In this document: piece by piece, positions 1 through 11,406 of the stretch | Position numbering within the stretch: position 1 is the first letter of the stretch | Layout of the letters: each line of letters begins with the position of its first letter | DNA from: Piedraia hortae CBS 480.64 | Lineage: Eukaryota | DNA length: 64,000 nucleotides | Direction: 5' to 3' | Assembly: GCA_010093745.1 (NCBI GenBank) | Contig: MU005959.1 | Span: forward strand, 1 to 64,000 | Program-made: the position numbers and the translations under genes | Notes under the pieces: generated by a model | What the model was told of the DNA's origin: nothing | Seen by the model: the letters and a program-made list of their open reading frames with translations, nothing else | Database searches by the model: none

Positions 1-3000
1 ACACTACCATACTGCAACTGGTATTTTTGACTCACATACATCTACATCTTTCCTGTCCCTGATTCCGTCTATCGCTCCGTCCTCTTCGGGTCGCTGTGCA
101 CTCTCACCCACGAGATCTAAATCTCTACAGTGATCAGCTGCGCTACGGACATAGACATCAGCGGGAGGGCGGAGACGACAGACTAGATATGTGATTTGAT
201 GATCTAAGTGGAGCCCAGGACTCGTATTGGTCCGAGACATGCGGGATAACCTGCTCTCTTCAACTACCGGGATTCTTCTTGGGTGAGTTCTGGAAGGGTT
301 TTGAGCTCTTGCTGGGGCGAGAGGGATACATGTCTTCGCTGGTATGCTATTCTAATAGGATGGGTTGCAATGGGTGGTTTTGGTCTTCGATGACTGGTTG
401 GATTGGTGGGAATCCTCTCACCGATGGACTTCCCGATTTCTACGTTTCGAAGGGTCCTCCATGGTTCAGTGCAAAGTACTCGATAACATACCATTCATTG
501 CGCGAATGTATATCTCCTTGCTTTCTTCGGTCGTATACGCGACAGTGTCATAGCCTTTGTTGTCCTTTAGCAGATATTCAGGTACCGTTCGCAAGGGTGT
601 ATTCAGTCCTGAGCAAACATTACGAGTATTTTCGAGATAGAAGTACTCTAGAAATTAACGTGATTCACATGCTTCGTTTGCCAAAGGGGCTGGACAATGC
701 GTTTGGCAACACCACAAACCAGTTGAGTTGCTCAATAAGTCATAATCAGTTAGAGAACTTCCTCTAACGCCTCTTTTTATCCTTTGAACAAATGTATATA
801 TCTGTACTTGCTCCTACGTAGGTTGCTTTTGCTTGGATTAGCTCCATGCTTGCGGCGAATTATCTGACCCTGATCACATCCAAAACCACTCTTTCACATA
901 TAGGGTTGGAAAGGGAACTCACTTAGATTCAAAACCTGCAGTACCCTTTGCTTACAAAGTCACCATGCATTAGCCTGTTGTAGATACAATGTGAACGAAT
1001 CCTGTAGGGCTTCGATGCTTTGAACACTGACTATCATCCTCTACGCACTCATAGCTGAATCTACTTGAATGCACAAGACCGTGGGTTGGATTACATGAAG
1101 CATGATGATGTCGTTGTCAACATAATTGTGTCCAATGCATAAAGAACGAAAAACATATAGGAATATTTTGCAATACCGGTTGGACATACCGAACCACTTG
1201 CCCAGCACAAACATCAGATCTGTCTGTAAGAGTTGTAAATTGTGTCCAGGGTCGGGTGCCTTCAATGAAATTTCCAAATGTCGTTGAACATCCAGACATA
1301 TACACGGAGATGGAATACAGGACCATCGCATCTTGTGAGGATACAAGGGAGATCTCTCAAGAGCATGTGAGATGGGCTCGAGAGTACTGGTACAACGATG
1401 GGTGCTGAATGGATGTAATGACCAAGAGTACATGTTTATCTAGGATAGTGAACATAATCCAGCACAGCACAATGATGCAGTGTTGCGTTCTGCTTGGTCA
1501 TTTTATTCTCTCGAACCAGACAGCAAGATCTGCTTGTTCGATGCGCATCAGTTAACCCGAAGGCATAACAAGGAAATTGAGCTCTATTTACTTTTCCCTC
1601 GGTCTAGGCACACACGCACGAGTGCATACGAATATCATCTCAGGGGCAGATCTCATAGCAGTTTATGATGGATGTGACGTGAAAGAGAGGTGGAGGAACA
1701 GGCAGATGTTGTCACGGACAGATTTAACGATAGCAGTCCACGGATCAATATCATATGAAGCGCTTGCTGAATGATTCTGTGCTATGCTTTTGAGCTGCGT
1801 GTCCACCTGGTGGTCTTGCAATCGCCAGACTGAGAGCCTACATGTCGAACGTTCTACAGTTACAGCAACAAAGTGAAGTGTGCGCAATGAGAAGCTGATG
1901 CACGATGGAGGGTTTCCTCAACGGAAAATCTCGCTGCTGTAGAATCGAATCAGAAACCGCCATTGACCTGATGAGGCATGACAGCTGTTGTGTCACGATG
2001 CGGACTATGCTATCCTTATAATTGTGTTGTGCCTTACGGAAGAGCTAACTACGCTATGGGCTGAAGGTGACGTGTCGGGTTACGTGGCTGCGATATGGTT
2101 CCGTGACATGTTGAAGCTGGGCAAGAGACTCTACGTCGTCCGCGTGCAGCATTGCTGACGATCAACATCGGCTTTCGAGCAGTCCATCACAGTAACATGG
2201 TATAACACGACAGCAAATCATGTTCCAACTTTGTTCAGCGGTGAAGCAACTGCTCGGCCCGACTCGCTCTCATGATTCCTCTCATGGGCCTCGGATATTG
2301 CAAACCCCTTCAGTTCCCAGTGGTATGGTAATTCGAACATCCAGGAAATGATCCTTTGAATGCTTGTGTTTACGATTGATGGACAAAAGTACGGCTCGAC
2401 GCCGAGTTTCCGGGTCTCATGGTCTGGACCGACTCCCTACTTCATTAACTGGCAGCCAGATGATCTGAAGACGGCCGGTAATCGGACCGAAGATCCTTTG
2501 TTACAGCCAGAAAGCTTTGACTCGCAAGGCGGAGCTTGGTTCCTGACTTCTTTGGGGGCGGTTTCGCTGAAGTGAGGACGGAAATGAAAGTAGATGGGAT
2601 TATTAAAGTGATCTGCTGGTATTGAGATCGAGAAGTGAATTCGTGTGGCTAAAGCCGATGTAGAGCATCATGCGAAGATTGTACAGGCAAACTCGAACAG
2701 CCAGAGTACGACAAACCCCTAGGATCTCGCCCCGCGTGTTGTGACAGGTTCGTCAGAAGTGTCAAGGACGTCAAGGGGTTCAAACATCTAGGCTAGCGGG
2801 AAGTCAGCGGGCCGCTGCAGAGCCGCCTTGCCCGAAGCCACAATGTGGGGCTGACCCCGACTTCACCTGTTACTCTCACTCTCTCTGAGACCAACGCCTC
2901 GAGACTTACATGGTATGGTTGTTATAGAATTCTTACACGGAAGTTTCCAGTTCATTCCCAACCTCATCCTCCATGTCGGACGGCCCCCAAACCACGTTAC

Positions 3001-3094
3001 GAAGGAACCTGATTGGACACAAGATGGCCGATTCACACCGAGTACACAGTGACGAAGAGGTGGAGTATTCGTTTCATACATCTCCTCACTTCAG

Positions 3095-3101
3095 TATATA
3101 A
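3095..3101 (+). promoter_or_regulatory. TATA box of the Cys/Gly polyprotein gene
   Basis: TATATAA about 140 nt upstream of ATG 3239, followed by a CT-rich leader. Confidence 0.55.
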
Positions 3102-3238
3102 CACCAGTCCATCCTCCATCCTTTCGTTCCCCATCGCATTCTCTCAGCTGGTCTTTCATTCACTACACATTTCTTCCACATTCACTTTACCCACTCGGCC
3201 ATTTGCCCATTCATCCTTTATCCAATTACTCAAGCAAA

Positions 3239-5298
3239 ATGACTAAGCTCATCTTCCTTACTGCCCTCCTCACCTCGGCCGCGCTGGCGCGTCCTTGCGG
3301 CTCTATTCCGTGAGTAGCACCCGGCAATTAATTCCCAAGTAGATCTAACAAGGGAAAGCAACTCGGTCGCACCGTCCGCTGCCGGAGCTGCTCCCTCTGC
3401 TGGTCAGGGTTGCGGCGGATGCGGTGGCGCTGGCTGCCCTAGCTGCGGCGGCAACTCTGTCGGCTCGCAAAAGTGCGGTTCGTGCGGCGGTGCTGGATGC
3501 CCCAACTGCCCCGGTGGCAACTGCGCCGGCTGTGGCGGCGCTGGCTGCCCTAGCTGCTCTGGCGGCATGGTCAAGCGCACGATCAAGCGCAACGTCGCCT
3601 TCAAGAACAACTGCGGTGGATCTGGCTGCGGTAGCGCTGGCTGCCCAAGCTGCGGCGGTAACTCCTCTTGCGGCTCATGCGGCGGTGCTGGCTGTGGCAA
3701 CTGCGGTGGCATGAAGAAGCGCACTGTCAAGCGCTGCGGCTCGTGCGGCGGTGCCGGCTGCCCCAACTGCGCCGGCGGAAACTGCGCTGGCTGTGGCGGC
3801 GCTGGATGCCCTAGCTGCTCTGGATCTACCGGCGCTCAGAAGTGNNNNNNNNNNNNNNNNNNNNNNNNNNNNNNNNNNNNNNNNNNNNNNNNNNNNNNNN
3901 NNNNNNNNNNNNNNNNNNNNNNNNNNNNNNNNNNNNNNNNNNNNNNNNNNNNNNNNNNNNNNNNNNNNNNNNNNNNNNNNNNNNNNNNNNNNNNNNNNNN
4001 NNNNNNNNNNNNNNNNNNNNNNNNNNNNNNNNNNNNNNNNNNNNNNNNNNNNNNNNNNNNNNNNNNNNNNNNNNNNNNNNNNNNNNNNNNNNNNNNNNNN
4101 NNNNNNNNNNNNNNNNNNNNNNNNNNNNNNNNNNNNNNNNNNNNNNNNNNNNNNNNNNNNNNNNNNNNNNNNNNNNNNNNNNNNNNNNNNNNNNNNNNNN
4201 NNNNNNNNNNNNNNNNNNNNNNNNNNNNNNNNNNNNNNNNNNNNNNNNNNNNNNNNNNNNNNNNNNNNNTCTACCGGCGCTCAGAAGTGCGGATCCTGCG
4301 GCGGCGCCGGTTGCCCCAACTGCCCGGGTGGCAACTGCGCTGGCTGCGGCGGCGCTGGTTGCCCAAGCTGCTCCGGCGGAATGAAGAAGCGCACTGTCAA
4401 GCGCTGCGGCTCGTGCGGCGGTGCCGGCTGCCCCAACTGCCCCGGCGGAAACTGTGCAGGCTGTGGTGGTGCAGGTTGCCCCGGCTGCTCCGGCTCTGCT
4501 CCCTCATCAAGCGTCACTGGCTCTCAGAAGTGTGGCTCGTGCGGCGGCGCCGGTTGCCCCAACTGCCCAGGTGGCAACTGTGCTGGCTGCGGCGGTGCTG
4601 GCTGCCCCAGCTGCTCCGGTGGCATGAAGAAGCGATGTGGTTCCTGCGGCGGTGCCGGCTGCCCCAACTGCCCCGGCGGAAACTGTGCAGGCTGTGGTGG
4701 TGCCGGCTGCCCCGGCTGCTCCGGCTCTGCTCCCTCGTCCAGCGTCATGGGCTCCCAGAAGTGCGGTGGCTGCGGTGGCTCCGGCTGCCCTAGCTGCGGC
4801 GGCAACTCCTCTTGCGGATCCTGTGGCGGTGCCGGTTGCCCAAGCTGCGGTGGTATGGTCAAGCGCACAGTCAAGCGATGCGGCGGTGCTGGCTGCGGTG
4901 GCTGCGCCGACTGCCCCGGTGGCAACTGCGGTTCTTGCGGCGGCGCCGGCTGCCCTAGCTGCTCAGGCTCCACTGCCGCTCAGAAGTGTGGCTCGTGCGG
5001 CGGTGCCGGTTGCCCCAACTGCCCAGGTGGCAACTGTGCTGGCTGCGGCGGTGCTGGCTGCCCCAGCTGCTCCGGTGGCATGAAGAAACGATGTGGGTCC
5101 TGCGGCGGTGCCGGTTGCCCCAACTGCCCGGGTGGTAACTGCGCTGGCTGTGGCGGCGCTGGATGCCCTAGCTGCTCTGGATCTACCGGCGCTCAGAAGT
5201 GCGGATCCTGCGGCGGTGCCGGTTGCCCCAACTGCCCAGGTGGTAACTGTGCTGGCTGCGGTGGTGCCGGCTGCCCCGGATGCTCCGGCTCGGCATAA
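3239..5298 (+). CDS. Secreted Cys/Gly-rich repeat polyprotein with Kex2-type KR sites (KEP-like; metallothionein- or CxxCxGxG-like modules)
   Basis: ATG 3239 gives the signal-peptide-like [17 protein letters not shown]. Intron 3310-3358 (GTGAGT..CTAAC..AAG) joins exon 1 in frame to the repeats [28 protein letters not shown]. Linkers are KKR, KKRTVKR or VKRT[IV]KR. Stop TAA 5296-5298. The N gap hides part of the gene. Confidence 0.85.
3845..4269. other. Assembly gap (425 N) within the repeat gene
   Basis: Run of N, flanked by an identical 20-mer at 3825-3844 and 4270-4289. Confidence 0.99.
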
Positions 5299-5777
5299 AG
5301 GGTCTATGGAAGTTTGGACAGGCCTCAATCCTTATGGGCGAATGTTTACAGCGCTGTGCGCTTTTTGACTGAGTGGGAATCAAAATTTTGACAATTTTGT
5401 AACTATCCTTTTTATATTCGTTGAGAGAATGCATTTTAACCATGTCTTTGCAATTTTCTTGTCTTTCGTCTGCTGTCTACTTTTCGCTCTTGCCAGTTGC
5501 CTTGGCAACATCCTATTGACGTTATTGAACTTCACATCGATCTAAAAGTCCTAAAGTCCTATCATGATAAGTCAAGCCAATAATCTCTTGTCAATGTATC
5601 ACATTCGTGTTAGATTTCTAGAGTGCGTCACTTATGTTCTGAATAAATACCTCTATAAATTCCCCTAACGACCGTCGATGCACATAATAGCAAAAGATTG
5701 CAAGACAACCCCCAAGAATAACCCATCCCACCCCATCAACCTTCCAATAACCCCCTTCTTCCAACGAAACTAGAAGT

Positions 5778-7430
5778 CTACTCTCCCCTCCTCGACCTCA
5801 AATTCGCCTCAATTGTCTGAATCATCCTATTCCCAATCTGGCTTGCCTCAGGGAACCTCGGCGCGAAATATCGTTGGATACGTTCAAACTTCTCCTTGTA
5901 CGCCTCAAAGTGTCCAAGACTAACACATTCACTCCAATCACGGGCTGCAAAGGTAAATTCCAAATCATCCGCACGGAAAGTATTATCCGTTAACGCAGTT
6001 TCGATCGCCTCGTTGAGGAGGGAGGGGTTGCGGTAGAGGTATCTATTTCTTAGCTGGGTTGGGGTTTTTTTTGGTGGGGAGAGGGAAGTCTTACTCTGTA
6101 ATTCCTAGCCAGAGGCGGAAGAGGGGTGTGGAGCAGATGATGTGGTCGTATGGAACGATGTGTAGTTTCCACCAGCAGTCTACGATGGCGAGGATGCTTA
6201 GGTGGTTGTTTTTGAGACGTTCTTTGGGTTTTTCGCCGACGCTGAAGCGGTCTAAGACTTCGTCTTCGAGGAGAAGTTCCTGGTCTTTGCGGGTTTTGCC
6301 GAATACGGCATCCCGCGCGGTGTAGATTCGATCTGTAAGTTCCTTGCGATGGCCCCCGAGCATGAGTTTGAAGAGTTCGGTGACGGAATCGGCGTATTGG
6401 CGGATTTGTTGTCTGGCATTGGGGTTGAGGATGGCGAGACCGGCGTAGACGTGCCATTTATTGTTGTAAATGCGGAGGGTTATGTTCATTTTTACGTTTT
6501 CGATGCCGCCGACATAGCGGGGTTCTTCCCAGGGGAATTGTTTATTGGCACACCATGCTGTGCCCATGGAGAGGAAGGCGGCGTGTGTGACGGCTTGGGT
6601 GTCGGCTGTGATGCGGTCGTGCTCAGCGGCAGATAGTTGGACGATTTCGGAGTTCATGCAGGACAGGATGTTCTTTACGAGTTCGAGGGATTTATCGGGG
6701 GCTCGATGGGGGATGATGACCAAGGGCTGACCTTTGGGGTCAACGCCGGGCCCATGGAGAGAGTGACAGGATATAATCTCAACATCTCCAGGAAGGTGTT
6801 TCTCAAACGCAGTAATCTCAGGCGCCTTGGTAGACGTTTGTCCTCCAACAATAGCACCAAGCTTGGTAGAAGGCCCGTAGGTTTCTACAATCTTATCAAT
6901 ATTGCGAGCCTCGACAGAGTACATGATCCAATCAGAAGAGCGAGACACGTAATGACCATTGAATAAGATGGAAACATTGGACTGCCTACCTTCAGCGCTA
7001 ATCATTAAAGAGTAAGGATGCCTACGTTGTCGGCAAACTCGGTCTTGAGTGCCTCAAACTTTTCAGGGACATCACACGCATGGACTCTGAGTGAGTTAGC
7101 CTGCAACTTGTTAGCAAATTACACAACAGATAGTAAGATGTTGCAGATATCTCATCAGACAAGTAATTGATTAGGTAGCTGAGATTTAACATCAGTGACA
7201 GCAGCCGGTGAGCAGAAACATCAGGACGATGAGTCCGCGGCCCAGCTGCCATGCTCGAGCCAAATGCACTCAAGTCATCATTTGCAAGGAAATGCATTGT
7301 CCATACCTTACGGGAGCAATGGAAGCAAAACGTCGGCGACTGCCTACCTCCATCCAGCAGCGCTTATCCGACGGGCATACATCTTGCCCATATCACCCAT
7401 TCCGATGATGCCGACGACAGGACTGCCCAT
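5778..7430 (-). CDS. TYR1: Prephenate dehydrogenase
   Basis: Exons 7430-7348, 7086-7026, 6981-6095 and 6042-5778. N-terminal GIIGMGDMG Rossmann motif; GGQTSTKAPE, HSLHGP and HDRITADTQAVTHAAFLSMG motifs. Confidence 0.95.
7150..7286 (-). ncRNA. snR13: Box C/D snoRNA, snR13 homolog (guides 2'-O-methylation of 25S rRNA, A2280/A2281 in yeast numbering)
   Basis: Box C ATGATGA at 7281-7275 and box D CTGA at 7158-7155. TGAGTGCATTTGGCTCGAG follows box C; its GCATTTGGCT (7267-7258) is antisense to LSU AGCCAAAUGC. A second element GCTACCT (7179-7173) is antisense to the adjacent AGGUAGC. Both match my recollection of yeast snR13. End coordinates are approximate. Confidence 0.88.
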
Positions 7431-7585
7431 ATTGAATGTTGTGAGAGGCTGGTGTTGAAAAGGAGTGTGGTTATATGCGAAGCTTCAAAAAGCTCGGGCA
7501 AAATGTCGCGGAAGCACCCGCTCTTGGCGAGTGGGGCCTGGACTTCCCACCACAATTTCGTCCACTGCAAACACGCAACGCAGTC

Positions 7586-8189
<604 letters not shown>

Positions 8190-8349
8190 GCCTACGCGCT
8201 GTCATGCAATGTGTTGTGGTCACAAAGCTGTCGCGGAGAACGGCGATTCTCGCCTGGTCTCTATGTACGTGGATTACTCGATAGGTTTTACTGCGTACTT
8301 TTATGACGAGGGTTCCATTTTCATCGTGACAATCTAACAATACTCGACG

Positions 8350-9135
8350 CTAGTCACTCATTACACGACTTACCAGAACGCACAGAAAGGCCATGGCCAG
8401 CACCGTCTTCTTCCAGTTGTTCCATAGCCACCCACGTTCAACAACATTTTGCGGTGACGGCAGCTGCCCTAGACTACCGCTTGGACCCACTCGTGTCGTC
8501 TCTGACTTATTATCCGGCGACGGTATTGCATTTGCACTTATTCCCGTTTGCGGATCGACTTTGTTCTCCATCATCCACGCTTTATTCTGCTCGTCCAGCT
8601 CAGGGAACTCATTCCGGAACTTTTTGCCACCATCTCCTAGTTTGATAGCTCCGAAGCCAGTGATGGCATTTCCTCTCGTACGCTCCGCCGAGCCACCTCC
8701 CGTGCTGTTCCACCACCGGCTCTTCGCCGCATATTCCCTTCGCTCACTGTCGCTCGCCTTTATCGAGCCTGTCGTCATTTCCTCGCTCGTCATAAAACTT
8801 AACACACCCAGCAGAATGGTGCTCACAGCCCAGGCCGGGTTGAAAGACTTTGGATGGAAGTCGGAGATGCTGAGACACAATCGATCAGACGGGCGGAAGC
8901 GGCCTGATGGCGTGTGCATGCGGATCGCGGGCGGCGCAAAGGGATAGTCGGAGGGAAAAGTCAGCGTGCCCCAGTACTGACCCCCGGCGTAGGGAGTGTC
9001 GGGAGGGCCGGTAAGGATGTAGTGCCATTCAAGGATGTTGGATTCCGATGGATGGGCGTTGATGTATTCCACAGGATGGGAGAGCAAATGAGCGTACTCG
9101 CGCGTCAAGCGCTTGTGCGCCGGTTTGGTGGCCAT
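8350..9135 (-). CDS. UBC6: ER ubiquitin-conjugating enzyme E2
   Basis: MATKPAHKRLTREY; TPSGRF..RLCLSISDFHPKSFNPAW with active-site Cys; C-terminal TM anchor. Upstream in-frame ATG at 9207 is possible. Confidence 0.93.
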   Translation of the reverse strand: MATKPAHKRLTREYAHLLSHPVEYINAHPSESNILEWHYILTGPPDTPYAGGQYWGTLTFPSDYPFAPPAIRMHTPSGRFRPSDRLCLSISDFHPKSFNPAWAVSTILLGVLSFMTSEEMTTGSIKASDSERREYAAKSRWWNSTGGGSAERTRGNAITGFGAIKLGDGGKKFRNEFPELDEQNKAWMMENKVDPQTGISANAIPSPDNKSETTRVGPSGSLGQLPSPQNVVERGWLWNNWKKTVLAMAFLCVLVSRVMSD

Positions 9136-9289
9136 GGTGGAAGGATGTTGCTGGACTGGCCGCTGACAGGTGCTTTCTTGTGACGTGGAGGCTGTGGGAG
9201 GCTGCATGTGTCACTGCAGGCTGACTCAGCATGTTCCTATAATTGAACAAAGTGACCATGTAAACGGCATACTGAATGAATCAATTCTC

Positions 9290-10090
9290 CTATTGGTCTT
9301 CCTTTATCTTTGCATCCTTCTTCATTGGCCTTTCACCAAATATTGTGGTGCCAATCCTCACCTCATCGCTGCCTTGCGAGATAGCTGACTCGAAATCTGA
9401 ACTCATGCCCATGCTTAATTGGAGACTGGTCTCTGGCATATGCAGCTCCTTGACTACTTTGTCTCTGATCTCACGTAGACGCACAAAATCCTCGTTGACG
9501 TCTTCAGTCGTGCCGGCTGCTTGACTCCTTGCAATTGCCCCAATAGTCATTAAGCCAGCGAGAGCAAGATGTGGGCATTTCTCACGAACATGTCGACAAA
9601 GATCTGCAGCTTCATTGGGTTCCACGCCGCTTTTCTCTACCTCGCCGCTGGTGTTGACTTGCACCAAGACTCGCAGGTTGTCCGACAAAGTTTGTGTCGA
9701 CCCAAGCGCCGCCCGTCCTTTTTCCAATGCGTCTGCTTTCTTTGCTGTGTCAACACTGCTAACACAGTAGAGGTTTGGAATTTGCTCTGCCAAAGGCTTG
9801 CACTTGTTCGTCTGCAGTCCACCAATCATGTGCCATTGTATGCTCTTGGGAAGCAATGCGGCTTTTTCCATCAGCTCTTGTGCATAGTTCTCTCCAAAGT
9901 CCTTATGTCCTTGCGGTGATTGGTGCAGGGCCAAGATATCGTTGGCGGGCTTCAGTTTGGAGACGGCGATGATGCGGACATTTCGTCCATTGGCAGCTTT
10001 TTGCACACGCTGATGAACATGCTGTAGGTTCTCTGCAAGCACTTTTGCTCGCTTAGGGTCTATACGCATTTCAACTGTATCGTCCACCAT
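9290..10090 (-). CDS. PLP homeostasis protein (YggS/PROSC/PLPBP family)
   Basis: IAVSKLKP, FGENYAQEL, QVNTSGEVEKSG, LSMGMSSDF and VRIGTTIFG motifs. Confidence 0.93.
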   Translation of the reverse strand: MVDDTVEMRIDPKRAKVLAENLQHVHQRVQKAANGRNVRIIAVSKLKPANDILALHQSPQGHKDFGENYAQELMEKAALLPKSIQWHMIGGLQTNKCKPLAEQIPNLYCVSSVDTAKKADALEKGRAALGSTQTLSDNLRVLVQVNTSGEVEKSGVEPNEAADLCRHVREKCPHLALAGLMTIGAIARSQAAGTTEDVNEDFVRLREIRDKVVKELHMPETSLQLSMGMSSDFESAISQGSDEVRIGTTIFGERPMKKDAKIKEDQ

Positions 10091-10584
10091 GGTGATGTCA
10101 CTGGGTGCCGAGACGAAACGGGTTAGCGCGGATGGCCGTCGGCATCAGTGAAAGAGTTTGGGGAACAAGCTCATCCTGACTGCCTTCATAGAGCTAGGTG
10201 TACGTCTCAAATATTGCTATTGACTATTTTAGGCCGCGTATTATACGAGATGTCTCATCGCAGCTTCCATCCTATTCCAGAAAAGTGAGCCAGGGAAGTA
10301 TCATACTGCCATATTGATTCTAGTCATCGCTGGTCTCATGCCGTGAACCAACCGTCACTAAAACGATGAAGACACAGTGTCTTCATGTGTAGAATCACAC
10401 TCACTGCTGCTCCTTTCGAAAGGCATTTCAAATGAAATCTTGAGAGCAATGTTTACTCCTACTCATATATGCTCCTAGAAGTATACGCATTTAGGCTGTC
10501 TACACATCCAGCCTCGTATTCTAACAAAGACTACGAGAACGCCTCTATACCCAGAGCGTGCTAAGATTCACCTTTGTTCATGTC

Positions 10585-11406
10585 ATGTTGCCAACAAAGA
10601 CCAACTTATCCGCTGATGGTATCCTAGCAAGTGCTGCAACCTCTCCTCCGAGTCCAAGTCCAGCTAGCAGCCAATGGGACAGCATCAACGATTCCTCTCC
10701 ACCCCATGACTCAGTTCTAACCGTGGAGTCCTCCATACCACCTCTCTCTGCTTCCCCTACGAGCTTTATACCCTCACCCACCTCCCAAACCAATCCACCA
10801 AAGCACCAAAATATCAAAAACATGCACATTGAGCTAACTCTCGCCCAAAAAAACGCCCACGACGCAACACTACACTACAACATCCTCCGCCGCGAAGCAT
10901 CCCAACTCCAACTCGCCATCCTCCAACTCCGAAAATAAGCCTACGAAGCAGAGCAGCGATTACAAAGCGCTCGCCAAACTAGCGCATTCTTCGAGAACGA
11001 GCTCCGTGAGATCCGTCTTCGCGAGGATATAAATCTCTGGGGAAAGAGCGGAGCATCTAACCCCAAGATAGAAATAGAAGGTGACCAACCCGATCGCAAA
11101 CCCATTCACGGTCCATTGGCAAAATGGCAATCAGACGTCGAGAGGCGTCTAAGCGACTACGGAAACATGACGCATTTCCCCTGGCCGCCGAGAATTAACA
11201 ATGGAAAACACGATCTAGGGTGTGATAGTACGAACACAGAACGACAATGTCCCTGTTCGATCCGCACAGCATTCCTATCCGCAAACCTGAACCTAAAAAG
11301 AGAAAGGATAAAATGGCTCCCCCAAAAATTCAAACCCGAGTTTCGGTCTGAAGCGAAATACGTATTTGACATTCTAGAGGATCTGGTTTCTTCGATCCCT
11401 ATGTAG
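10585..11406 (+). pseudogene. Hypothetical protein interrupted by one in-frame TAA
   Basis: The 10558-10938 and 11116-11406 ORFs share a frame that is otherwise open across TAA 10936-10938 (QLRK*AYEAEQRLQ). No intron signals flank the stop. Confidence 0.5.

Noticed and set aside
1..1900. Short ORFs as transposon remnants
   Set aside because: No RT, integrase or transposase motifs, LTRs or TIRs recognisable by eye.
3404..5443. Pro/Gln-rich antisense ORFs and Ala- or Arg-rich alternative-frame ORFs over the repeat gene
   Set aside because: Shadows of the GC-rich Cys/Gly codon repeats. Only the Cys/Gly frame has a signal peptide, an intron and synonymous variation.
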